From NCBI GenBank assembly GCA_965153355.1, contig OZ231126.1, forward strand, positions 10,664,001-10,728,000: a stretch of DNA of 64,000 bases, read 5' to 3'. The notes below the pieces were generated by a model that worked only from the letters and a program-made list of their open reading frames with translations, did not search any database and was not told the DNA's origin. Both the position numbers and the translations under genes were made by a program. How positions within the stretch are numbered: position 1 is the stretch's first letter; the number at the start of each line of letters is the position of its first letter. This document shows, one piece after another, positions 42,218 through 61,633 of this stretch. Source of the DNA: Flaccisagitta enflata. Taxonomy: Eukaryota.

Positions 42218-44155
42218 AAAAAAAGTAAACATCAGATAAGACATGTACATTAAACTCATTTTCACGCGAGAAAAAGAAGCTTTTCAACGATAGATTTCAA
42301 ACACATGGCCGAGTTGCGTGTCTGGTTACTAATAAAGGCTTTGTCCGCCAATCGGTCCGTCCATAGCCTTTCCTGGTCAGAATTCAGGTTTGAAGTCACG
42401 CACAAGATCTAGATATCCGTTTCTATTCGGTAACTAAACTGACAACAACCACAACAACAACAACAATAACAACAACAACAAATATGAGAATCAGATTTCC
42501 GAGTAAATCAATCTTTATTTTTCTTTCTTCCTTCATGTAAAATCGCGCATAATCAATCACAAAGGAGACAATAAAGCAAAAAAAAAATGACTACCATCGA
42601 AAAAACAGCTCATTAAGGCATATATCAAATGTATACCTTACAGTCCATGCAAAATCTTTTAAAATTGGAGCATTAATTCAAATTATCTCCATTCCATTTT
42701 TAATAACTTAAAATTATGTTTCTAAATTAGCTTGATTAGCTAAATTAGCTTGAATCTGAGTAAGTTTGGCTTACATCACTATGACTAGTCTTGGGTTCAA
42801 TAGATAATTTTTCAGGTACCTACTGAAAGGAAACTGAAGTTCAATTGAATGACACCCGTGATTCATAAATCCCCAATTAGGCGGTCTTTGCATGGAGCGT
42901 ACTGTAAGTTTACGGCAATAAACACAATCAGTTCAAAATCATATCGTACGATTTCGGGTATCCTTGATAAAAAGATTTGCTCTGCTGAGATTATCCATAA
43001 TTTTGGATAGTCATAACGTCACAAAAATTCATACCCAATTAACTTGTATCAATCAATAAATACACAAGCAAGAACCCCACGGCCCCATTGTAGGGGAAAA
43101 CGATAAAGGCCAGTCATTCTTCTTGAGAATCGGCGATGGAGCCAATCACATTAAAGGTGACATTTCATCCAGATTCGTCTTTCTTCGCGCCTGAAAATCG
43201 ATCGCGTGAAATTATCAACAACGTCAGAAATTATTACGTGAGATGAGAATTGACAATTCCCTCGCAGCTTCATAGATCAATTCAAAGTGCAATACAGTTG
43301 AAACCCCGCAATGTTACGTATGTCGAGGAGATATAACAGTTGTAGGGGGGAGTGGGGTTATTTGGACAAAATCATGCAACTTCTTTATGGTTAAGGTGGG
43401 TTGCTTCATTTTAGTCAGGCAACTGCGCCCCACCCAGTAATTCCAAACTGACCAAATACATTTCCTATTCAACCAAGCATGAAGAATACATGGGACTTTG
43501 CCCCAAATTGCCCATGACCCAAATAGCGCCTTCCCCCCCCCCATCTGTGATAAGCAGATTTCAATAATAGCGGGGTGTAACTGTATTTCGAATGTAAAAT
43601 TGAGCACTGATCTGATAACTAAGACTAGACAAGATGTTGTGAATAATAACCTTCTTTAGTGAGCGCTTCGACGCAGTCGAGATTATCGGTCTGTACACCG
43701 CCACCGCCTCGACCGTCGCTCATCACGCCTGTGCCTCCTCCGCCTCCACCATTACCACCACCGCCTCCACCACCACCGCCGCCGCCACCGCCTCCGTCAC
43801 CAACATCATCAACGACTTGATTAACGAGCCACCGCAAGGAATTTGAAGTCTGCCGTTGCGGTTGGCGTTGAGATTGCGATCGGGATGGACGCGACTGTTG
43901 GGACGGCTGATGCAGTTGAGAAGATGAGAGCTGCTGTTGAGGGGACAAGAGTTGTTGTTGTTGTTACTGCTGCTGCTGAGGTGCGTGGTCGTCACCTATG
44001 GAAAGATACTCATCCCGGGCATCCAAATCTGCGGCAGCAGAGGAGGTTGATTGAGGACGAAATTTGGATGAGGAAGCTGTGAAAGTGAAAGAACGGAAGG
44101 GAGAGAGAGCGAGAGAGCGAGAGAGCGAGAGAGAGAGAGAGCGAGAGAGCGAGAG

Positions 44156-44216
<61 letters not shown>

Positions 44217-44853
44217 GATAACTGTTGCACGGTTTTTTTGACAGGGCCGACGAAAAGAGAGACTGACATAGTGAGACAGAAAGACAAGACAGGAGGACAG
44301 AAAGACAAAGTCTTACTTGCGGATGCTGCAGTTGAAGACCGACAAGCGGACTTTTTGCCAGTTTTTTGAGAGATCGAAGACACGGAGGCAGCGTTGCGCG
44401 CACGTCTGAAAGCAACAGCGAAAACGAGGATTTCATGTTTAATGAATGTGCTAAAACGAAGGTCTGTGCCGCTAAAAAAAGTGACTTACATGCAGATGGA
44501 AGTCTTTTAAAAACGAGTTTCTATAGTTTTAATTGGATGCAAGAGAATGAATTTAAGTAACATGTCAAATACGCGAAGTTAGAGTTGTGAAAGGTAATAA
44601 CATGTCTGTGATAATCGGAGCGATTCAATCACCTGGCTAGCAACGAAGTCGTCGCTTCATCCGCCGTCACTGTCGTCAACGTCGTTGTTTCATGGTTGTC
44701 AACTTGATTCGTTGTCGAGTCTTTCTTACGATCAACTTCACCGTCGGAGGCAAGTGGGGGAGGTGGAGGAAGCAGAGGAGGAGGCGGCCATTCGCGGTTG
44801 GAAGACGCGCAACGACCAATCGCCGAGATCAAATCTTGACTGAAAGAAATATA

Positions 44854-45620
44854 CAGGGAGTACCACGCCAAACAGGACCAAAGAAAACGATGTATCTTTG
44901 CTTCTAGAAATGGTAGAATGATTCTGTAAACAGGTTCAGAAAGCTCTTAAAAAACGATTTTTATATCTGCATTTTGCCAAAGGCTCATTAAGAAAACTGA
45001 ATCCCTTTGTATTATTCAAAGCAAAGTACAGTTTTTACTTTGAGTTTTTTCTTGTTTTGTTGTGCATTGACAAGCATCCTTTTATCCCACTCTTATTTCC
45101 AAACAAATGGTGCTACAATCCTGGCAATGGTCTTGAATTAAAGATATTGTGAGGTAGAATCATACCTGTGCAAAAAATGAGAAAATTGTACAGTATTGGT
45201 TGGGTCCAGAGACTTTTTTGTAATTTTCATCACAAAAAAATTTTATGCGCATTGACAAAAAAGTCAATAACTATATTGAATGATACAATTTTGATAAAGG
45301 TCATGAGGGAATCCCAATCTTCAGTGTCCTAGCTTAACTGACAAACATTTCTGACCATTTTTTGTCATCTATATCTGTATATAGCAAGGAAAATCTAAGG
45401 AAAAACCTTGAATTGGGATAGAAATTAGCATTTTTTGCTAAAAAAAGGCATTTTTTCATGGTTTTGTTGAGGGTATGTGTTAACCATGACTAGCAAAAGT
45501 CTGTATCATTCAAAAATCGTCTGAAGTTATCTTTTAGAAACAGTTTTCAGAAATGATTTTGCACTTCTAGAAACAAAAATACATCGTTTTCTTTTGTCCT
45601 GTTTGATGTGATACACCCTG
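44854..45620. mobile_element. Tc1/mariner-type MITE (CAGGG ends, TA flanks)
   Basis: tacagggagtaccacgccaaacaggac...gaaaacgatgtat is inverted to atacatcgttttc...gtcctgtttgatgtgatacaccctgta. Confidence 0.75.
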
Positions 45621-45766
45621 TAAACAAGGGCTGAGTACCAACTGTAACAACCGCAACTACTGTTTGCAACATTTAATGGCACAGCAACAGTTTAACCTTT
45701 TACCAGTTTACCCAATGTGAAGTAAAACTTAGATTAATGTAATTCTAAGGAATTGATACACATCTA

Positions 45767-46581
45767 CAGAGAGAAGGTTAATATAAGGTGTGAACCCCCT
45801 GAAAACTGTAGCACCCCCACCTACAGCTCAAACCGATTACAGACGAAAGTGAAATACAAGAAGTTAACCCCCCAAAAACTGTAGCACCCCCTCCTACAGC
45901 GGCAATCGCTGAATGAAGATTTGCATATGAGATAGAGAATAGAAGCTTATATCAATACAATTAGCCTCATCAGAGCGATTTTGGAATTTCATTCCCAGTA
46001 AAAAGTTACAGGTTAAAAACTAGCTAAAATTAACACTTTCTGAATTATGTTAAAAATGTAATTTTTTACTAGTTTTTTAACTGTAACTTTTTATTGGGAA
46101 TGAAATTCCAAAATCGCTCTGATGAGGCTAATTGTATTGATATAAGCTTCCATTCCCCATCTTATATGTCTTTCTTCAATCAGCGGTTGAGGCTGTAGGG
46201 GGGGTGCTACAGTTTTTGGGGGGTTAACTTCTTGTATTTCACTTTCGTCTGTAGATTATAGACATTCTAAAGGTAGAGGAAAAATGTTTATATTAATACA
46301 AATGGCGTCACCAGAGCGATTTTTCATTTTTGTTTTTTAAGTCAAGATATAGTTTAATAAAGTATTGAAATTAACTATTATTATAAATTCATAAAATCAA
46401 AGATTTTTTTATTATAATTTGAGACTGAAATGAAAATTGCAAAATCACTCTGGTGGCGCCACTTGTATAGTCAAACTTTAATCAGCAACGTTGAATTCAT
46501 TATTCATTGCTGTAGTTTGAGCTGTAAGGGGGGGTGCTACAGTTTTAGGGGGGTTCACATCTTATATTTCTCCTACCTCTG
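45767..46581. mobile_element. Tc1/mariner-type MITE containing a nested palindromic MITE (45840-46251)
   Basis: Outer TIR ta|cagagagaagg...tgtgaaccccct / aggggg ttcaca...cctctg|ta. Inner TIR ta|cagacgaaagtgaaatacaagaag / cttcttgtatttcactttcgtctg|ta. Confidence 0.78.
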
Positions 46582-48557
46582 TACTAAAATTTCATCACGA
46601 TACAGCGTGGTTTCAGTAATTGTTTCAGTGGGTATATCAGAGGACTCGAGGGAATAACGGGCCGTTGAAGGAATTTTTAGAGACAAGACAGTGCCAAGTA
46701 TCAATGGCTGTATCCCTTGGTAGTCGTTAATCCGCGCAGCACGACAACGCGCATGAGGCCAACAAAAACTTTAAATGGTTTCGGTTTCTGTATTCTACTG
46801 ACCTGCCAACTGAGAGATCGGAGAGAGAGAACTGATCGAGGGAGGAATCCCCATCAGAGCCGAAAGAGGATCGAACTCCTTGCTCAGTCTTTCCACCAGT
46901 CGGATCTGAGGATGCCGTTACCGCTGCTGAGGCGACTGATGCTGAGGCGGCTGATGCTGCTGCTGTCGCCGCCGCTGTCGCCGCCGCGGATCCTCCCTGC
47001 GGGTAAGGCCACGACTGCGCCGTCGGCATCGTTGGCAATTTTCCGACGAATGAATCGACACCGGCAGAGGCGGCAGAAGCGGCGCCGGCACCTCGCAGCG
47101 ACGACGCCGAAGCCGGACGCGAATCGCGCGTAAATTCGTCACCGGAAATAACGCCGTACATCGGCGGCGAGGCCGGAAGACGAGTGGGACCGACGCCGCC
47201 TCCAACGCCACATCCGACGCCGCTGCCGACGCCGCCAAAATGTAACGGACGTGGAGGAAGCGGTGGAAGAGGAGGCGTAAAGTTGTCTCCTCCATCTTCG
47301 TCCTCTCTTCTCTCTTCTTCCGCCCCTATGAGAATGACAATAGGAGGAAGAGTTGGCGAAGGAATAACACTTTTAACGCCACAAGGCACTCGCAATGAGA
47401 ATGTGAAATGAATTTAAACATTGAATGTGACTCGGTTTGGTTATGATACAGAAAAAGGAAATACACACCATAATCCATATACATATATTAGGCTTAGTAT
47501 CCTATCATCCCTATCATGTGTGAATATATCTTTCAAAATCCAATTCACCAGGGGGGTTTCTCGGAGAGATATGGTCACGATTCTCCATTCCTTAAACAGC
47601 AAACACCATGATTGAAAATATAATTACCAGGGACGAGAGGCCGACTGAGGAAGCAGTTGAGATTGAGAGGATTGTCGAGGAGGGGATCGTGAGATTTGGA
47701 ATGACGACTAGATCGGGCGGAAGAGGAGGAGGAGGATGGAAGCGCCTCGGGCAGCCGGGAGAGAGACTGAAGCGCCGAAGGTGGAGGAAAACGAGGAGAG
47801 GAGAAAGACGGAGGCGCAGATTGAGGAGCTCTGAAATATAACGAAGGAAAGTAGATTGATTTGAGCCCAGATATTCCGAATCTGCTAAGTTGACGCGTTT
47901 AAACTTAGTTATTTTTGTTGTCATGAGGCTTTTGTTGTCAATGGTATAGATTATGTTCCGACGATACGAAAAAACTTTTTTCTTGTTATGTTCTGTTCAT
48001 TGGTTTGTATGCAATAAAAAAACTGCAATATGCAAATTAGGAAAAGATCCACTGATTACCACTTCTTTTATGAAATTTACACGTTGGCGGGTCTTTCTTT
48101 GTTTCTTTTTCTTTATTTCTTTCTTCATTTCACTCCTGTATCCCCTGGGCCGACCAGTTCTACTGCACTCCAGCGCTCACCTGCTGCGTAGCATTGCTAC
48201 CATGCTACACAGAATCGGCACCTCTGTTAATAATGAGCCACTGACGAATGAATGAATGACCCAATGAATAAATGGATGTATGAACAAATTTACGCAGACA
48301 GGGCTTTTCCCCGGAAACTTGAAGAATCAACAGCCGCGTTTACGGAAAACTCATCAGAAATAGAACCCTTAGGACTACAGATCAGAGCGTATTTGAACGA
48401 GAGGCCCCCACTTTCAGGAAAGATAACTGTAGCAGACCCCCCACAGCCCAGTAGGTTGAAGCTAGGCGTATGATTGAGGTATCATTTGAAAGCTTATAAG
48501 AATACAAATGGCGCCATCAAGAGGGCTTTTTGATTTTTTTTCCATAGCTCAAGTTAT

Positions 48558-51500
48558 AGATTCAGATTCAGATTCACACAGCTAGTAAAGGAAGGCAACA
48601 CTGCCTGTTGACCTAGCATCAACCAGTCAAACATTCGCCTGTTCAAAACGCCCATCAAATCACAAATGTAATATTACCAATACCATACCAAAGCGCAAAA
48701 CTTCCGAAGAGCTCCATTGATGTCCCGTACAAAAAGACGAGTCCCCAAAATCCAACAGAGTCCAAAGCAAGAGGTGCCATTCTGATGACACCAGCAATAC
48801 TACCAAAACCATCTGTGAGGGCCAGAGCGTGCGGCACTCTCACTATACACCAGAACCAATATCGGCTAATTTCAAATGACCATCTGTTCTGTGAGGGCCA
48901 GAACGTGCGGCCTCTCACTAAACACGGTCCAATATAATTATAATTATCAGCTAATTGCTACCAAGCAACTTTTCATCCAATCAGCTCTTGAAACATTCCA
49001 GCGAGGGCGCGGTTTTTAGTTCCGCTCCCAGGAGATTCCATTTTTGAATCACTCTATATGAGAAGAAGGATTGCCTCTGCTTCCGTCCATTCTCAGCCAT
49101 TGCCTTTACCAACCTTGGACCACCCCTTGCATTTCTGACTTCCCAGAAGTGCCCGGGGTCTATCCTTGTCAGGCCATGGAGGATTTTGAACACCTCAATC
49201 AGGTCACCTCTTTCCCTCCTCTGTTCAAGCGTCATTAGTCCCAACTTTTTCCGCCTTTCTTCCGAATTCAGCTTCTTGAGTCCCATGACCAGCGCTGTCG
49301 CCTTGGATTGCACAGCCTCCAACTGCTTGGACTCAGCTGATGTTCCCGGCGGGCAGACTGTCATGCCATAGTCAAGGTGGGGCCTTATGCGCTGGTTGTA
49401 CAGAACACAAAAGGCCCTCTTATCAATGTGTGTGAAGTTCCTTCTGATACGAGCAATTTCTGCAAGTGCTTTGCATCGTGCTTTACTCACATGAGTAGAT
49501 GAAGACAGATCATCGGTGATCCAGAAGCCAATGTCCTTTTCAACTGCCACGTCCGCAATTGTAGATCCTTCCATCTGATAAGTCAGCCTGGGGTTTCCTT
49601 TCCCTATGTGCATGACTTTGGTCTTCTTTGCATTGATTTCCATTTTCCATTCCTTAGCCCATTGGGCAATGCGGTCAATCCTGTCCTGCAGTTTTCGTTG
49701 GTCCCCTGCATGATCCTCCACATTCTTATTGACCTCTTGATAGCTCTTTGTATCGTCAGCCAGTAGCATGATCAAGGACTCCTCTTCCGGACTGCATTTA
49801 GCTGGAAGGTCATTGATGTAAAGGAGAAACAGCAGAAAGCCAAGCACCGTTCCTTGAGTGGTTCCGCTGACCACCTCCAACCATTCCGACATGGCATTTC
49901 CTACCATCACTCTCTGTCTCCTGTTCTCCAGCCAGTTTTTCAGCCAGTCAAGGAGCTTTCCATCAATTCCATATCCTTTGAGCTTGAGATGTAGGAGCCT
50001 ATGTGAGACTTTGTCAAAGGCCTTGGCATAGTCAAAATAGGCCACATCTACACAGTTGCCACCATCCACAATATCTGTCCACTTTTCCAGGCAGAGCAGG
50101 ATATTGGTCTGGCATGATCTGCCTCGGACAAACCCATGTTGCTGCTCAGTGATGAGTTTGTTGGTCACCAGGAAGCTCATAATCGCTGAACAGAGAATCC
50201 TTTCAAAAACTTTGCTGATTATTGATGTCAGGGCAACGGGTCTGAAGTTACCCATAACTGCCTTAGAACCACCCTTGTGTATTGGGACAATGTTGGCCTC
50301 TTTCCATTGAGGGGGAACACTCGCCACATCAAGTGATTTTCGGTAAATCTCCTGCAGAATTGGTGCCAGTTCAACTGCACATTCTTTCAGGAAACGGCTC
50401 TCCACCCCGTCAGGACCTGATGCCTTGTTAGGATTTAATCCCAGCATTACTTCTTCCACCTGTTCAGTGGCGATGTACACATCTTGGATCTTTTCATCAG
50501 TCCTTGCGCCGAAGACAGGAAGTGGGCTGGAGCCATCATCCCTTGTAAACACCGAATGGTAATAGGTGTTAAGTGCGGCAGCAGCCTCCCCTTCTGTTTC
50601 AGTTAATCTACCACTTCCATCCATTACATTGGAGACGCCCTGCTTTGTTTTCAAGGAACGCCGACAGTGTCCATGAAACAAATTTGGGTTGTCCTTCATG
50701 TCATCAATGAGTCCACATTCATATCTTGACTTTGCCGACCTGATCATGTCACCCAGTCTGTTCCGCTCCATCTTGTAGGCATCATAGTCCCGGGGAAGGC
50801 CAGATTCCTTATACCGTTTCCATTTCCTCCATTTCACCGCTCTTTGCTTTTTCAAACTGTTTGCTTTCATCCACGGGAGACGGTGTTTCATCCCTCTTGG
50901 TTTACAATGGGGGATATACACCTCCCTCAGTTCATCAATCTTGCCAGCCAGTTTTTCTACCATAACACCAGGCGGGTCTGAAGGGTCATTCTTGTACACC
51001 CTCAATTGTTCCTTGATGGCAGTCCAATTGGCCCTTTTGAAGTTGGGCCGTAATCTTGTTGTGTTCTTAAACATCATCTCGCCAACAATCAATGACCACT
51101 TCTGACACACATGATCACTTTTACCCAATGGTGGGATCTCCGTAACCTCGTTCACCATTGTCTCCTCATTAGTGAATACTAGGTCCAGACATGAATTCTG
51201 GGTCCCCCTGAACCTGGTAGGCCCTTTCACATGCTGGAATAGATTCATGTCCTCTACCGTTTCAAGGAAGGCTGCTGTGAAGGAACTCTGGCCATCTTGT
51301 ACCTGGTTGGTCCTCCAATCAATAGATGGGAGATTGAAGTCGCCACAGATCATCAAGAAGTCATGCGGGACCGAAGCCACCAACCGCAACAACTTAAGCA
51401 AGTTCCGATTGTTTTCGTCGCTTGAGTTAGGGCTTCGATAGACCGTTCCTAGCAGCAGCCTTTTACCATCCATCAGTTTCACCAGGCTCCATGCAGCGCA

Positions 51501-51745
51501 GTCAAATGACTCACCATCCATCTTTGGGCAGGCTGAATGGTTAAGGGTGTTTTGCATATATAATGCTACCCCTTTTCCCAATCCGCCCCTCCCATCAGAA
51601 TGGTCTCCTCTGTACAAAGTGTATCCATCAATGCCCAACTCTCCATCGTTGATGTCTTTTGATGCTCCAAACTCAGTGAGGGCCAGAACGTGCGGCCTCT
51701 CACTGTTCACAAGATCCAATATTTCACTCCTTTTATTCATGCCTT
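48558..51745 (-). mobile_element. 5'-truncated APE+RT LINE (CR1/Jockey group) with a (GAATCT)n tail
   Basis: APE motifs LALTE, VYRSPNS, GDFNLP, LDLVFTN and SDH. RT motifs KASGPDG, FRPVALTS, QHGF, DYAKAFDKVSH, QGTVLG and LADDTK. Tail reads agattcagattcagattc on the + strand. Confidence 0.95.
48981..51745 (-). CDS. Endonuclease-reverse transcriptase (ORF2), lacking the first residues of the APE domain
   Basis: Open frame of ~920 aa. It ends FKS*LDEK, so the stop may be a late nonsense mutation. The ORF-track extension to 52013 is unrelated flanking DNA. Confidence 0.9.
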
Positions 51746-52785
<1,040 letters not shown>

Positions 52786-52823
52786 TTCATTTTTGTAACC
52801 CAAGTTTTTTAAAAAAAGACAAA

Positions 52824-57805
<4,982 letters not shown>

Positions 57806-58470
57806 AATCATATAAAGATAGTTTTTTTTTTCAGCAAACAGACCAACTTTCTCTGTATCACACAACAAATCAACCTAAAATAAGCCAATTCATCTTATCA
57901 ATTTAATCAACGCTTCAAAAACCCTTTAATGCATGATATCAGGAGATGATGTGAATATATGCATGTTTCTCTCTCTCTCTCTCTCCCTCTCTCTCTCTCG
58001 ATTAGTACAATTTCGCTCAGTCTTTTTTGCCAAGATTAAAATCCAAGATTAAAGTCTATTTTCTCAAGATTAACATCAATTGTTATTTATTCTACCATGT
58101 CACACATAACGAGTGATATTTATCCCACTAGTCACAATTGTCGAGAATATGTTAATGAACCAAAGATATGAGAAAGAGATAGTTTTAAAGAGATCTTAAC
58201 GGATGAGCGAGAGAAGGACCTAATCACACAGGTAAGCAGAAAAGCGTAAGCAGAACCGCCTCAGCCGCACGACACAGGTAAACCAGGTAAATTTGATAAC
58301 GGCCGACTAAATGACGCTCTTAACACAATACCGTAACCACACGAAAAACGCCAGACAGACCAATCACAAGACTATATTTATCGGTCAACCAATCAATATT
58401 CGAGCTATCCGACGCTCAGACTTGGTTGTTGTTGAGACTGACCCAAAACAAGCAAACGCTAAACAAACCA

Positions 58471-58478
58471 TATATAAA
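58471..58478 (+). promoter_or_regulatory. TATA box of the glycoprotein gene (CCAAT at ~58389)
   Basis: TATATAAA 80 bp upstream of ATG 58551. Confidence 0.5.
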
Positions 58479-58550
58479 GCTCACAAAAAGAATATGTTTT
58501 ATTCTGTAATATCAACTCGCGAACACGCTTTTATCGATATTTCTGTGAAA

Positions 58551-61500
58551 ATGCGTTTCCTACTCTACGCGTTTGGCTTTTCAGCCTTAATTTTATCCGT
58601 CTCCGCGATTGATTTTCATCAATTTAAGCTCTGCACCGCGAGGGCGAAGGAACATTGCGGGTAACTATCTTACTTGTTTGTTGTTGTTGTTATTGTTCAT
58701 ATTCTTGTTCAAGTTCTTGTTTCATGTTCTTATTCATGTTCTTATTCATGTTCTTATTCATGTTCTTATTCATGTTCTTGTTCATGTTCTTGTGCTTGTT
58801 CTTGTTCATGTTTTTTTGTTCATGTTCTTGTTGATGTTTCTTGTTTCATGTTCTTATTCATGTTCTTATTCATGTTCTTATTCATGTTCTTATTCATGTT
58901 CTTGTTCATGTTCTTATTCATGTTCTTATTCATGTTCTTATTCATGTTCTTATTCATGTTCTTATTCATGTTCTTATTCATGTTCTTGTTCATGTTCTTG
59001 TGCTTGTTCTTGTTCATGTTTTTTTTTTTTTGTTCATGTTCTTGTTGTTGTTCATATTCTTGTTCATGTTCTTGTTTCATGTTCTTGATTCCTGCTCTTA
59101 TTCATGTTCTTGTTCTTGTTCTTGTGTTCTTGTTCATTCTTGTGCTTGTTCTTGTTCATGTTTTTTGTTCATGTTCTTGTTGATGTTCTTATTGGTGTTC
59201 TTGATCTTGTTCTTGTTCTTGTTTATGTTTTTGTTCATGTTTCTTGTTCATGTTTCTTGTTCATGTTTCTTGTTCATGTTTCTTGTTCCTGTTTCTTGTT
59301 CCTGTTTCTTGTTCATATTTCTTGTTCATGTTCCTTACTCACGTTCATGTTCTTGTCCCCCCGCTGCTCTCTTCTACTTCTAATTTCATTTTAGATATCC
59401 AAAACGTAAGGCGATTGACGTCTGCAATGACAAGATCGAGAGGCTCGAATTGGAATGTCTCAGTTTCGCGACACCAGAAGATCCAAGATTCAAGGTAATG
59501 TGTAAAACAGAGAGAATGTGTACTCGACTGTACAACCCGCTCTATCCGTCCATTTGTCACACTTAACTTTTTTCCGCCGCCCCTGACCACCTGCACCCTT
59601 CTCAAAATAACCGTGTATCCAGCCTGGTTTTTTCAAAGTATAACAATAACAATCAACACCAAAGCTCGCCCGAGTCATTTTCAAAGTTATTTGTAATTTT
59701 CCTCTCCTTTCAATTTCATCCACCAACAGGCGCTTTCCACTGCCCCGCCGCCGCCGACGACGACGACGACGACGACGACCTTGGCCCCATCGTCGAAGCC
59801 GTCAACGTCTTCAACTCATTTTCATCATGTAAGTCATCTTAACTACAGTTAAACTCCACTTGAACGAATTTCAAGAATTGAACAAAATCATTCTTTATAA
59901 TAAAGCTGCCTTACTACCAATATAGAATTAACTATAAACTTTCTCATGTAACAATGAGTTTAATGTCTTATAGACAGACATGCCTTATTAACGGGTGGGC
60001 CCTAGCGAAGCTCCACTGTATCTCACATTCTTACTGTCTTACTATCTTACTTTCTGACTATCTTACTTTCTTACTCTCTTACGACAAATACTTTATTAAC
60101 TATCTCACTTTCAGACTATCTGATTATCAAACTATCTTACAATCTAACTATCTTGATTTCTATTTTGATTACTTTTTTCCTAGACACCGGCAATTTTGAC
60201 GCCTCCGCCCTCGGTCGCCGCGCCGTCCTCATCTTCGTCGCCTCATCCGCGTCCTTCCGTCAAGGCGCCGCCCTCGCTGCAGCCATCGGTCTCGACGCCT
60301 CAGCCTCCACCTTCCATCGCGGCGCTGTCCAGCGCCCTGGCGTCCGTCTCGACGCCGTCGTCATCATCCTCTTTGGCGCCTCGCCCACTTCCGTCCAAGG
60401 CGCCGCCACCGTCAATCTCAGCGTGCCCGTCGCTCTCCGCGCCTCCTCTCATCCTTTCCTCATCATCCTCGAGGCAAAACAACGCCGCCTCGATCGCCTC
60501 GAGACTTATTTCAGAGGCAGCGTCGATCGCAGCCTCACGCTTGGCCGCATCCTCATCCTCATCTTCTTCGTCGTCATCATCCTCTTCAACATCTTCGTCG
60601 AGGACGTCGTCATCATCCTCCTCCTCCTCCTCGTCGAGGACGTCGTCATCCTCCTCCTCCTCCTTGTCTAGGACGTCGTCATCCTCCTCTTCCTCCTCGT
60701 CGACGACGAAGTCGTCAAGATTTTCGTCGACAACGACAATCTCGCCGACGTCCACATCATCAACTCATGTTTCTCGATATGTAGACCCGGAACTCAAAAA
60801 AATCTTGGCCGGAGAGCCGTTGCGACCCCGTCCTCAGACATCATCGCCTGATATGTGGATAGTGATCGGGATCGCTTCAGCCTCAATCATCATCATCACC
60901 ATCGTCACAATCATCATAAAGGTAACATGCTATAACGATTCTCACATTTGATTCACTGTTTTTCTCATTCAAACATTTTATTCATTCATTCAATGACCAT
61001 TTTATTCACTCATTAACTTATTTATTCATTCATTCAAATTCATTTCATATTTAATGATCATCTTAATCAGTCCACCTCATAAAACATAAGCACAACTCCA
61101 TTTATTCCCTCTACTTTTATTTCCTCTCTTTTAAACAGAAACGCAATAATACTCCAAGACGCCGGAATTCTGCCGGCGTCGCCGACGACGAATTGCAGCT
61201 TCAGAGAACGCCGCGTCGCCGCGACTCGAACCGCGTCCCTCAAGTCGTCACAAACCCAAACACCGCCCATGTTTGGGTTTATCATTCCTCGGACTTTAGC
61301 ACGACGCCGGCGTCTGACGAGTCGAGACATGGCGCCCTCCTTCATCGTCTTGACACATCGACGGCGTCTTCATTCTTCGACGACGCCGCCACTAACAGCC
61401 GCGAACCCATCGCCTGCTCGTCGCCAAGACGCCTCAACGAGACTCAACTCAATTCCTCGGATTTTGTCTCCTTCTCCAACTCCGGATTTCAACAAGATGA

Positions 61501-61633
61501 GGATATTGATGAAATCGAGTTGGAAGGAGCGGTTGGCGGAGCACCAGCAGCAGCAGCATCAACCGGAAATGCTCCAGAAGCAGCGTCATCTGACGACGAG
61601 GAGGTTGTGTTTAATGCTGAAACGTTTCTTTAA
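58551..61633 (+). CDS. Type I membrane mucin-like glycoprotein, 513 aa; exons 58551-58660, 59395-59494, 59730-59828, 60184-60921, 61139-61633
   Basis: Signal peptide MRFLLYAFGFSALILSVSA, a 4-Cys domain, an S/T/P stalk, TM MWIVIGIASASIIIITIVTIII followed by KKR, and an acidic tail. All introns are GT-AG and in phase. AATAAA at ~61692. Confidence 0.82.
58670..59355. repeat. Intronic 12-bp minisatellite (ttcatgttctta)
   Basis: Read directly from the sequence. Confidence 0.9.

Larger units (their letters stand above)
43165..47830 (-). pseudogene. Spliced low-complexity gene fragment with in-frame stop; exons 47830-47628, 47325-46803, 44839-44633, 44405-44317, 44076-43651 and possibly 43190-43165
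   Basis: All junctions are GT-AG and phase-compatible (phases 1, 2, 2, 1, 1). Exons are GC-rich islands. TAA at 43964-43966 lies inside a poly-Gln run. No 5' exon identified. Confidence 0.65.

Noticed and set aside
58609-59498. Cys/Ser-rich and hydrophobic ORFs
   Set aside because: They arise from a 12-bp intronic minisatellite; only 59395-59494 is a supported exon.
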